Below are positions 26,202 to 34,407 of a stretch of DNA of 64,000 nucleotides, piece by piece. How positions within the stretch are numbered: position 1 is the first letter of the stretch; every line of letters begins with the position of its first letter. Source of the DNA: Pseudomonadota bacterium (GTDB lineage Bacteria; Pseudomonadota; Gammaproteobacteria; Burkholderiales; UBA9220). Under the pieces are notes generated by a model. It worked only from the letters and a program-made list of their open reading frames with translations, was not told the DNA's origin and made no database searches. Made by a program: the position numbers and the translations under genes. Location: contig JAJZVC010000010.1 in assembly GCA_021845865.1 (NCBI GenBank), positions 840 to 64,839 on the forward strand, read 5' to 3'.

Positions 26202-26480
26202 TTAGTTACCGCCCTGAGGGTTGCTGTAGGAGCCCAGACCCTTGTCTTTGTTGGCCTCGGTCTGACCTTGGTTGGCGGCTTCCTTCGCCTGCTGCTGGGC
26301 CGTCTGGCTGCTCTGGCCGGCCATTTCCTGGGACATGCCCGCCACGTCTTCGCGCACGGTCTTGCCGAAGTACATGTAAACGCCGATGGCGGCGACGGCC
26401 ACCAGGATGACGATGATGATGTATTCGGTCATGCCTTGGCCGAGTTGACGGCGGCGCGCAGGGAATCGGGTGGCTTTCAT
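26202..26480 (-). CDS. flp: Flp-family type IVc prepilin with extended Gln-rich C-terminal tail
   Basis: 92 aa; RRRQLGQGMTEYIIIVILVAVAAIGVY = G/xxxxEY motif plus helix; AAGAGGAGA SD upstream; AT-rich leader region 26481-26591. Confidence 0.75.
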   Translation of the reverse strand: MKATRFPARRRQLGQGMTEYIIIVILVAVAAIGVYMYFGKTVREDVAGMSQEMAGQSSQTAQQQAKEAANQGQTEANKDKGLGSYSNPQGGN

Positions 26481-26591
26481 GGTGTTCTCCTCTTTGGTTG
26501 TTAGTTAGGGGTCTACTCTTGAATACTTTTAGACTTTGTAAAAAATTCTAACATAACGATAACACGGGAGGAATAACGTTTTTTCGGGCGT

Positions 26592-28142
26592 TTACGGCGC
26601 AAGGCCGAAAAACTGGCGCACGCGGCGCAGGATGTCCGTGTGCTCCTGGGCCACCTGTTTGGCCTGGGCGGCGGCGTCCATTTCTTCCAGGCGGTGCTCC
26701 CGTTCCAGGGCGCGGGTGGCGAGAACCTTGGAGATTTCCTCGGCCAGGGACGGGCGGGAATGGAGAATGCCCTCGAAGGAGGCCTTGTCCAGGCGGTAGC
26801 ATTCCACGTTGCTGCGGGCGACGACGGTGGAGGCCCGGGGGCTGCCGGTCATCAGGCCCATTTCGCCGAAGAAGCTGCCTTCCCGCAGGGTGGATATCCA
26901 GCGTTTTTCGCCTTCTGGCGTTTCCAGGAAGACGTCGACCTGGCCCTCGGTGAGGATGTACAGCCAGTGGGCCACCGCCCCTTGCCGGGTGAGTATCTCG
27001 CCCTGGGCGAACGGGGCGTACGCCAGCCTTTCGGCGATGGTGCCCAGTTCCTCGCGGCTGAGGGTGTTGAACAGCTCCACTTTTTCCAGCGCCGCCAGGC
27101 GGCGGGCCAGTTCCCGCTGGCGCACCGCCAGTTCGTGCTTTTCGCTTTCCTTGACGATGTGGCGGCTCTCCTCGGGAGTGGCGAAGCGGATGCCGGCCCG
27201 CTGGAAGGCGGTGAAGAGGTGGGCGCGGACGATGGAGTCGGTGGGGTCGTCCAGGGCCAGTTCGGTGAGCCAGTAGCGCAAGGCGTAGCGGGCGTAGTTC
27301 TTGTCGAATTCCATCAGCACGCAATTGGGGAGGGGATCGCGGGCCGCGTTGGGGATGTCCGCGCCGCGCACGGCTTCCTCGGCGGTCTGGATGACCCGGA
27401 AGGGGGGCTCCTTGAGGTCCACGTTGAACCATATCCAGCGCCGCAGCTGCACCGGCTGTCCGCTACGCTGGCCGAGGACGCTGAATTTGTTCTTCATCAA
27501 CTGGCTGTTGGGGATGACCACCGTTTCCCAGTTACGGGTCTCCACCACCGTGGAGCGCCAGCGGATGTCCACCACCCGGCCCACCACGTCGTCGGCCTTG
27601 ATCCAGTCCCCCACCTCCACCGACTTGTCCAGTTGCAGGGCGATGCCGCCGAGGATGTTGCCCAGGGTGTCCTGCATGGAGAAGGCCACCACCGCCGTCA
27701 CCACCGCCGAGGTGGTGACGATGCCCGACAGATCCATGCCGGCGTAGCGCAGCCGCATCATGCCCCAGACGAAATAGGCGCCGAAGGTGACGATGTCCTC
27801 CGAGATGCGCGGGGGGTGGACGCCCAGGCGGGAAAGGATGAGGCGGAAGAGGAAGATGGCCCAGAGGCGGATCAGGGCCACCCCCTGGATGAGGAAAAAA
27901 ACCTCCCGCAGGGTGGCGGCCATGGCCGGCAGTTCCAGCTGGTGGAACAGGGTGCTGACCAGGGCGCCGGCCAGGCTGGTGGCGAGGAACAGCAGGGAGT
28001 TGCGGATGTCCCGCCGTTCCGTGGGCAGAAGGCGGTAGGAGAGAGCGGTGATGGCCAGGGTGGCCACCAGCAGGACGGGGAAGCTGTCCCAGCCGAAAAG
28101 ACGCATCACGGCATGCCACAGGGCGATCGGGTCGGCGGTCAT
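26592..28142 (-). CDS. MscS-family mechanosensitive channel fused to a cyclic-nucleotide-binding domain
   Basis: 516 aa; TM region plus MscS beta-domain (VGDWIKADDVVGRVVDIRWRSTVVETRNWETVVIPNS) and C-terminal cNMP-binding fold (FFGEMGLMTGSPRASTVVA). Confidence 0.9.
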   Translation of the reverse strand: MTADPIALWHAVMRLFGWDSFPVLLVATLAITALSYRLLPTERRDIRNSLLFLATSLAGALVSTLFHQLELPAMAATLREVFFLIQGVALIRLWAIFLFRLILSRLGVHPPRISEDIVTFGAYFVWGMMRLRYAGMDLSGIVTTSAVVTAVVAFSMQDTLGNILGGIALQLDKSVEVGDWIKADDVVGRVVDIRWRSTVVETRNWETVVIPNSQLMKNKFSVLGQRSGQPVQLRRWIWFNVDLKEPPFRVIQTAEEAVRGADIPNAARDPLPNCVLMEFDKNYARYALRYWLTELALDDPTDSIVRAHLFTAFQRAGIRFATPEESRHIVKESEKHELAVRQRELARRLAALEKVELFNTLSREELGTIAERLAYAPFAQGEILTRQGAVAHWLYILTEGQVDVFLETPEGEKRWISTLREGSFFGEMGLMTGSPRASTVVARSNVECYRLDKASFEGILHSRPSLAEEISKVLATRALEREHRLEEMDAAAQAKQVAQEHTDILRRVRQFFGLAP

Positions 28143-28233
28143 AAGGATTTGGCGGAACGCAATTTTTTCCGTGTCGGAGGGCGTGTTACTTGTTAAAATC
28201 CCGGCTGGACTGACATCTCAAACATAGCCCATT

Positions 28234-29436
28234 ATGAGCGACACGGTTAAGAAACGCATCGTGCTCGGCATCACCGGCGGCATCGCGGCCTACAAGGCGG
28301 CGGAGCTGGCGCGGCTGATGATGAAGCGCGGCATGGACGTGCAGGTGGTTATGACCGATTCCGCCACCCGCTTCGTCGCCCCCCTGACTTTCCAGGCCCT
28401 CACCGGCAAGCCGGTGTTCACCGGCCTGTGGGACGACCGCATCGACAACGGCATGGCCCACGTGGAATTCACCCGGGGCGCCGCCGCGGTGGTGGTGGCG
28501 CCGGCCTCCGCCGACTTCCTGGCCAAGCTGGCCCAGGGGCGGGCGGACGATTTGCTCTCCACCCTGTGCCTGGCCCGGGACTGTCCCCTGATGGTGGCGC
28601 CGGCCATGAACCGGCAGATGTGGGACAACCCGGCCACCAAGCGCAACGTGGCCCAGCTCAAGCGCGATGGCGTGGCGGTGTTCGGCCCCGCCAGCGGCGA
28701 GCAGGCCTGCGGCGAGGAAGGTTTCGGCCGCATGGTGGAGCCGGAGGAACTGCTGGCGGACGTCGAGGGCTATTTCCAGCCCAAGCTGCTGGCGGGGCGC
28801 AAGGTGCTGATCACCGCCGGGCCGACCTTCGAGGCCATCGACGCGGTGCGCGGCATCACCAACCGCAGCTCGGGCAAGATGGGCTATGCCGTGGCCCGGG
28901 CCGCCCTCGACGCCGGGGCGGAGGTGACCCTGATTTCCGGTCCCACCTGCCTCGCCCCGCCGGCGGCGGCGAAGCTGGTGAAGGCGGTGAGCGCCCAGGA
29001 CATGCTGACGGCGGTGAACGACCTGGTGGGGGAGACGGACATCTTCATCGGCGTGGCGGCCGTGGCCGACTATTACGTGCTCAATCCCAGCGAACAGAAG
29101 ATCAAGAAGGACGCCCACATCCTGACCCTGGAGCTGGCGCCCAATCCCGATATCCTGGCCAACGTGGTGAACCTGCCCAACCCGCCCTTCTGCGTCGGCT
29201 TCGCGGCGGAAAGCGAGAGCCTGTTCGAGTTCGCCGAGATCAAGCGCCACCGCAAGAAGCTGCCGCTGCTGGCGGGCAACCTGGTGGAAGCCATCGACAG
29301 CGACGAATCGGAACTCACCCTGTTCGACGACGAAGGCGCCCATCCTTTGCCGCGGGGGCCGAAAATCCAGCACGCCCGCAGCCTGATCGCGCATATCGCC
29401 AAGCTCTATGGCCGCCGGCCGGCGGCCGGAGAGTGA
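28234..29436 (+). CDS. coaBC: Bifunctional phosphopantothenoylcysteine decarboxylase/synthetase
   Basis: 400 aa, KRIVLGITGGIAAYKAAEL...ITNRSSGKMG..., full-length Dfp/CoaBC. Confidence 0.95.
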   Translation: MSDTVKKRIVLGITGGIAAYKAAELARLMMKRGMDVQVVMTDSATRFVAPLTFQALTGKPVFTGLWDDRIDNGMAHVEFTRGAAAVVVAPASADFLAKLAQGRADDLLSTLCLARDCPLMVAPAMNRQMWDNPATKRNVAQLKRDGVAVFGPASGEQACGEEGFGRMVEPEELLADVEGYFQPKLLAGRKVLITAGPTFEAIDAVRGITNRSSGKMGYAVARAALDAGAEVTLISGPTCLAPPAAAKLVKAVSAQDMLTAVNDLVGETDIFIGVAAVADYYVLNPSEQKIKKDAHILTLELAPNPDILANVVNLPNPPFCVGFAAESESLFEFAEIKRHRKKLPLLAGNLVEAIDSDESELTLFDDEGAHPLPRGPKIQHARSLIAHIAKLYGRRPAAGE

Positions 29437-29577
29437 GCCGGATGCCTTAAAGGCTGTACCGCCAAGGCGCCAGGAAATAAAATAGAGCGTTTTGCGGCCG
29501 CCTTTTGCTCAGCGAGGCCAGCCCGGTTTCATGGCCGGGGCCACATTTAACTGCACACTAAAACTAGAGGTTGTATC

Positions 29578-31293
29578 TTGGATAAGAACGATTTGATCAT
29601 CCGCGTGGCGGGCGAAGGCGGGGAGGGCATCATTTCCACCGGCGACTTCATCACCCAAGCCTGCGCCCGTGCCGGTCTGGAGGTCTACACCTTCAAGACC
29701 TTCCCCGCCGAAATCAAGGGCGGCTACGCCATGTACCAAACCCGGGCCAGCGCTCAGCCCCTGTACTGCCAGGGGGATACTTTCGACGTGCTGTGCGCCT
29801 TCAACGGCGAAGCCTACGATTTGAACCGCAGCCGCCTGCTGCCCGGTACCGCCTTCGTCTACGACGGCCCCGGCGGCGACTTCGAGCCGGAGATTCCCGC
29901 CGGGGTGCACGGCTATGCCATCCCCATGACCAAGACCGCCAAGGAGATGGGCAACCCCAAGGCGAAGAACATGGTGGCCCTGGGCGCCCTGTCCCAGCTC
30001 TTCAACATTCCCGAGCAGGCCCTGCGGGAGGTCATCACCGCCAAGTTCACCAAGAAGGGCACCACGGTGGTGGAGGGCAACCTCAACGCCTTCGCCAAGG
30101 GCCGCGAACTGGCCGCCGCCCTGGCCAAGACCGATCCGTGGAAGCTGGAAGCGCCGGAAAGCAAGCGCGACGTGGTGGTGATGTCGGGCAACGACGCCGT
30201 CGGCCTGGGCGCCCTGATCGCCGGCCTGGACTTCTTCTCCGCCTACCCCATCACCCCGGCCACGGAAATCGCCCGCTACGTGGCGCGCCACCTGCCCAAG
30301 CGGGGCGGCACCCTGATCCAGGCCGAGGACGAGATCGCCTCCGCCTCCCAGGTGGTGGGCGCCTCCTTCGCCGGCAAGAAGGCCATGACCGCCACTTCCG
30401 GCCCCGGCCTGGCCCTGATGGGGGAAATGCTCGGCATGTCCTTCATGAGCGAAACTCCCTGCGTCATCGTCGACGTGCAGCGGGGCGGTCCCTCCACCGG
30501 CCTGCCCACCAAGCACGAGCAGTCCGACCTGTTCCTGGCGATTCACGGCTCCCACGGCGACTGCGGCCGCATCGTGCTGTCGGTGGAAGACGTCTCCGAC
30601 TGCATTTCCCTCACCGTGGAAGCCTTCAACCTGGCGGAAAAGTACCAGTGTCCGGTGCTCCTGCTGTCCGACGGCTCCCTGGCCTTCTCCACCCAGACCG
30701 TGGCCTACCCCGACCCCGCCAGCTTCAAGATCGTCTCCCGCAAGCGCTGGGACGGCCACGGCGAATACAAGCGCTACGCCATTACCGACGACTTCATCTC
30801 CCCCATGGCCGACCCTGGCACCCCCGGCGGGATGCACATCGCTACCGGCCTGGAGCACGACGAGACCGGCAACCCCAACTACAGCCCGGCCAACCACGAG
30901 GCCATGCAGGCCAAGCGCTTCCGCAAGCTGGATGGCGTGGTGAATGACTTTCCCCCGGCGGAGGTGGACGGCGACGGCGAGGCCGAACTGGGGATCATCG
31001 CCTGGGGCAGCACCATCGGCGTGGCGCGGGAAGCCATCGCCCGCCTGCGTGCCGAGGGCGTGTCGGTGAAGGGCTTCTATCCCAAGCTGCTGTGGCCCAT
31101 GCCGGTGGAGCAGTTCGAGGCCTTCGGCGCTTCCTGCCGCCGGCTGATGGTGGCGGAGGTGAACTTCCTCGGCCAGCTGGCCCACTTCATCCGCGCCGAG
31201 ACATCCCTGCGCCCCGAGTCCTATACCATCTGCGGCGGCCTGCCCTTCACGCCCGCCATGATCGTCGCCAAAGTCAAGGAGATGCTGGCATGA
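29578..31293 (+). CDS. korA: 2-oxoacid (2-oxoglutarate-type):ferredoxin oxidoreductase alpha subunit
   Basis: 571 aa (TTG start); IIRVAGEGGEGIISTGDFI... gamma-alpha fused KorA layout. Confidence 0.88.
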   Translation: MDKNDLIIRVAGEGGEGIISTGDFITQACARAGLEVYTFKTFPAEIKGGYAMYQTRASAQPLYCQGDTFDVLCAFNGEAYDLNRSRLLPGTAFVYDGPGGDFEPEIPAGVHGYAIPMTKTAKEMGNPKAKNMVALGALSQLFNIPEQALREVITAKFTKKGTTVVEGNLNAFAKGRELAAALAKTDPWKLEAPESKRDVVVMSGNDAVGLGALIAGLDFFSAYPITPATEIARYVARHLPKRGGTLIQAEDEIASASQVVGASFAGKKAMTATSGPGLALMGEMLGMSFMSETPCVIVDVQRGGPSTGLPTKHEQSDLFLAIHGSHGDCGRIVLSVEDVSDCISLTVEAFNLAEKYQCPVLLLSDGSLAFSTQTVAYPDPASFKIVSRKRWDGHGEYKRYAITDDFISPMADPGTPGGMHIATGLEHDETGNPNYSPANHEAMQAKRFRKLDGVVNDFPPAEVDGDGEAELGIIAWGSTIGVAREAIARLRAEGVSVKGFYPKLLWPMPVEQFEAFGASCRRLMVAEVNFLGQLAHFIRAETSLRPESYTICGGLPFTPAMIVAKVKEMLA

Positions 31294-32177
31294 GCTGCGC
31301 CCAGACCCACCTGCACCAAGTCGCCCTCGAAACCAAGGACTACAAGACCGACGCCAAGCCCTTCTGGTGCCCCGGCTGCGGCGACCACGGCGTGCTTACC
31401 GCCATGTACAAGGCCCTGGCCGAGATCGGCGTGGACCCCAACTACCTGGTGAACATTTCCGGCATCGGCTGCTCTTCCCGCCTGCCCTACTTCGTGCGCT
31501 CCTACAAGATGCACACCCTCCACGGCCGCGCGGGCCCCGTGGCCACCGGCGTGCAGCTGGCCCGGCCCGACCTGGCCATCCTGGTCAACGGCGGCGACGG
31601 CGACGGCTTTTCCATCGGCGGCGGCCACATGCCCCACCTGGCGCGGAAGAACGTCAACATGACCTACGTGCTGATGGACAACCGCATCTACGGCCTGACC
31701 AAGGGCCAGGTGTCCCCCACCTCCCAGCGCAAGATGAAGGCCTACACCACCCCCTACGGCGGGGTGGAGGAGCCCATGGACCCGGTGCTGTACATGCTGA
31801 CCTACGGCGCCAGCTTCGTCGCCCAGTCCCTGGCCACCAACGTGAAGATGACCGCCCAGCTGATCAAGGACGGCATGGAGCACAAGGGCTTCGCCTTCAT
31901 CAGCGTGCTGAGCCAGTGCCCCACCTTCAACGTCATCGATGACGCCAAGTACTTCAAGGGCGCCGCCGAGGAGGTGTCGCCGGATCACGACGTGACCAGC
32001 GTCGACGCCGCCATGCACGTGGTGAACGTGGGCCACGAGACCGGCCGCATTCCCGTGGGCCTGCTGTACCGCCAGGAACGCCCGACCCTGGACGAATACA
32101 TGGCGGACCTGGTGAAGCAGGCCGGCGGCGGTCCGGATTACGACCTGCGCAAGATCATCGACCTCGCCCGCCCATGA
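31290..32177 (+). CDS. korB: 2-oxoacid:ferredoxin oxidoreductase beta subunit (TPP-binding)
   Basis: 295 aa from ATG 31290 (ATGA overlap with korA); WCPGCGDHG and TPP motif GGDGDGFSIGGGH...NRIYGLTKGQ. Confidence 0.9.
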   Translation: MSCAQTHLHQVALETKDYKTDAKPFWCPGCGDHGVLTAMYKALAEIGVDPNYLVNISGIGCSSRLPYFVRSYKMHTLHGRAGPVATGVQLARPDLAILVNGGDGDGFSIGGGHMPHLARKNVNMTYVLMDNRIYGLTKGQVSPTSQRKMKAYTTPYGGVEEPMDPVLYMLTYGASFVAQSLATNVKMTAQLIKDGMEHKGFAFISVLSQCPTFNVIDDAKYFKGAAEEVSPDHDVTSVDAAMHVVNVGHETGRIPVGLLYRQERPTLDEYMADLVKQAGGGPDYDLRKIIDLARP

Positions 32178-32809
32178 CGGAGAACGCTGCCAGCGGCCCG
32201 GCCGTGGAGCTGACCATCAACGGCCAGGCGGTTCGCGCCGAACGGCACATGACCGTGGTGGAGGCGGCCTGGGCCAACGGCGTGCCCCGGGTTTCCGGGG
32301 TGGGCTGCCTGGAAGGGGTGTGCGGTTCCTGCCGCATCCTGCTGCGGCGCGGCAAGGAGGTGGGGGTCGCCTTGGCCTGCGAAACCCTGGTGGAGCCGGG
32401 GATCGAGGTGCTGTTCCTGCCGCCCCCCGCCGCGCCGCGCCACCAGTACGAGCTGACGGACCTCAGCGACGGCTGGGATATTCAGGCCCGGTTCCAGGAA
32501 ATCTTTCCCGAGGCCGCCCGCTGCCGCCATTGCCACGGCTGCGTCCGTTCCTGCCCCAAGGGCATCGTGGTGGAGGAAGGGGTGGCCTTGGCCGTGGCGG
32601 GCCATTTCCGCGAAGCCGGAGAAGCCTTCTTCGAGTGCGTGATGTGCGAGCTGTGCGACACGGCCTGTCCCGAGCAGATCGCTCCTGCCCACGTGGGATT
32701 GTTCTGCCGCCGCATCACGGCCTTTTTCCACCTGCGGCCGCCCAACTTGATCAACCGCCTGGAGGAAATCCGCCAGGAGCCTCCCCAGGACGGGAAGGAG
32801 AAGCCATGA
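32174..32809 (+). CDS. SdhB/FrdB-like iron-sulfur protein (2Fe-2S plus two 4Fe-4S motifs)
   Basis: 211 aa; CLEGVCGSC...C (plant-type 2Fe-2S), CRHCHGCVRSCP and CVMCELCDTACP; ATGA overlaps on both sides. Confidence 0.75.
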   Translation: MTENAASGPAVELTINGQAVRAERHMTVVEAAWANGVPRVSGVGCLEGVCGSCRILLRRGKEVGVALACETLVEPGIEVLFLPPPAAPRHQYELTDLSDGWDIQARFQEIFPEAARCRHCHGCVRSCPKGIVVEEGVALAVAGHFREAGEAFFECVMCELCDTACPEQIAPAHVGLFCRRITAFFHLRPPNLINRLEEIRQEPPQDGKEKP

Positions 32810-34407
32810 CCAGCAGCTTGTCTTACCAGGCTGCCCTGGCGGCGTACCGCGCCGGCGCCGAGCCGTGGCCGCTGCCGGAACCCATGGACCCCGACCGGCT
32901 GCTGTCCGCCTACCATCCGGACTATCTCCCGGGCAGCATGACCACCTTGGCGGTGGGGCCCAACGCCGGCGAGCAGTGCCAGCGGGAGCTGGCGGAACTG
33001 CTCCAGGCGGAGGCGTATATCGACGAAGTGGACCTGGCCGGAGTGCCGGTGACGGACACCGACGTGCTGGTGATCGGCGGCGGCGGCGCGGGCTGCGCCG
33101 CCGCCTTGGCCGCCGCCGAGCATGGCGCCCGGGTGTTGCTGGTGACCAAGCTGCGCCTCGGCGACAGCAACACGGTGATGGCCGAAGGCGGCATCCAGGC
33201 CGCCATCGAGCCTGGCGACAGCGCCCAGAAGCACATGCAGGACACCCTGCGGGCGGGTCATCATGCCGGCGATCCGTCCCTGGTGGCGGCTTTGGTCGGC
33301 GACGGTCCGGACGTGATCCGCTGGCTGATCCGCCAGGGAATGCAGTTCGACCAGACCCCTTCCGGCGATCTTCACACCCGGCCCGCCGGCGGCACCAGCG
33401 CCGCCCGGGTGGTGCACTGCCGCGACTACACCGGCCTGGAGATGATGCGGGTGCTGCGGGAGGCGGTGACCCAGCATCGCGGGGTCGAAGTGTGGGAGCA
33501 GCACTCGGCGGTGGAGCTGCTCTCCAATGAAAGCGGCCAGAAATGCGTGGGCGCCGTGCTGGCTTCCCGCGCCGACCAGACTCTGCGCATCGTCCGCGCC
33601 CGGGCGGTAATCCTGGCCACCGGCGGCCTGGGCCGCCTGCACCTGAACGGCTTCCCCACCTCCAATCACCTGGGCGCCACCGGCGACGGCCTGGTGCTGG
33701 CCTACCGCATGGGGGCGAAGCTGTGCGAGCTGGACTCCTTCCAGTATCACCCCACCGGGCTGGTCAACCCGCCATTGCTGTCCGGCAAGTTGGTCACCGA
33801 GGGCATCCGGGCCGCCGGCGCCCTGCTGCTGAACGCCCAGGGCAAGCGCTTCATTGACGAATTGCAGCCCCGGGACATCGTCAGCGCCGCCATCATTCGT
33901 GAATGCCAGGAGGGCCGGGGCATCCATCCGGCCTCCGGCGGGGTCGGCGTGTGGCTCGATACCGCTGGCCTGGAGCGCCGCCAGCCGGGCCTGCTGGGGC
34001 AGCAGTTCCCCAAGCTGCTGGCCCGTGCCCGCATGGCCGGCATCGATCCGCGCCAGGAGCCGATCCTGGTTTATCCCACGCTGCATTATCAGAACGGCGG
34101 CGCGGTGATCGACGCCCACGGCGCCACCACCGTTCCCGGCCTGTACGCGGCGGGAGAGGTGGCCGGCGGCATCCACGGCCGCAACCGCATCATGGGCAAC
34201 GCCCTGCTGGAGATCATCGGTTTCGGCCGCCGGGCCGGCGCGGCGGCGGCTTTGTCCGGCCACGACCGGGGGCCGAAGAAAATCACCCTGGAGCATGTCA
34301 ACCGCGCCCGCCGCGCGCTGGCCCTGGCGGGCCTTCCTCTGGCGCGGCGCGCGCCCCTGTTGTTTCCCGCCTACACGGCGCCGGGGAAAGATCTATGGAA
34401 ATCTTGA
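32806..34407 (+). CDS. SdhA/FrdA/NadB-family FAD flavoprotein
   Basis: 533 aa from ATG 32806; VLVIGGGGAGCAAALAAAEHG, FQYHPTG, GLYAAGEVAGGIHGRNRIMGNAL. Confidence 0.8.
   Translation: MTSSLSYQAALAAYRAGAEPWPLPEPMDPDRLLSAYHPDYLPGSMTTLAVGPNAGEQCQRELAELLQAEAYIDEVDLAGVPVTDTDVLVIGGGGAGCAAALAAAEHGARVLLVTKLRLGDSNTVMAEGGIQAAIEPGDSAQKHMQDTLRAGHHAGDPSLVAALVGDGPDVIRWLIRQGMQFDQTPSGDLHTRPAGGTSAARVVHCRDYTGLEMMRVLREAVTQHRGVEVWEQHSAVELLSNESGQKCVGAVLASRADQTLRIVRARAVILATGGLGRLHLNGFPTSNHLGATGDGLVLAYRMGAKLCELDSFQYHPTGLVNPPLLSGKLVTEGIRAAGALLLNAQGKRFIDELQPRDIVSAAIIRECQEGRGIHPASGGVGVWLDTAGLERRQPGLLGQQFPKLLARARMAGIDPRQEPILVYPTLHYQNGGAVIDAHGATTVPGLYAAGEVAGGIHGRNRIMGNALLEIIGFGRRAGAAAALSGHDRGPKKITLEHVNRARRALALAGLPLARRAPLLFPAYTAPGKDLWKS

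Noticed and set aside
15432-28142. The Tad-like operon plus MscS gene as a bona fide mobile genomic island.
   Set aside because: No integrase, transposase, tRNA attachment site or flanking direct repeats are visible. The only support is interruption of the radC/coaBC synteny, so I report it as a synteny observation, not as a mobile element.
32174-34407. The FrdB/FrdA-like pair as APS reductase (AprBA) or as a conventional membrane-bound succinate dehydrogenase.
   Set aside because: The Fe-S subunit has an N-terminal plant-type 2Fe-2S motif plus two CxxCxxCxxxCP motifs. That is the SdhB/FrdB layout, not the two-cluster AprB layout. No SdhCD/FrdCD anchor genes are present. The exact subfamily remains unresolved without a search.
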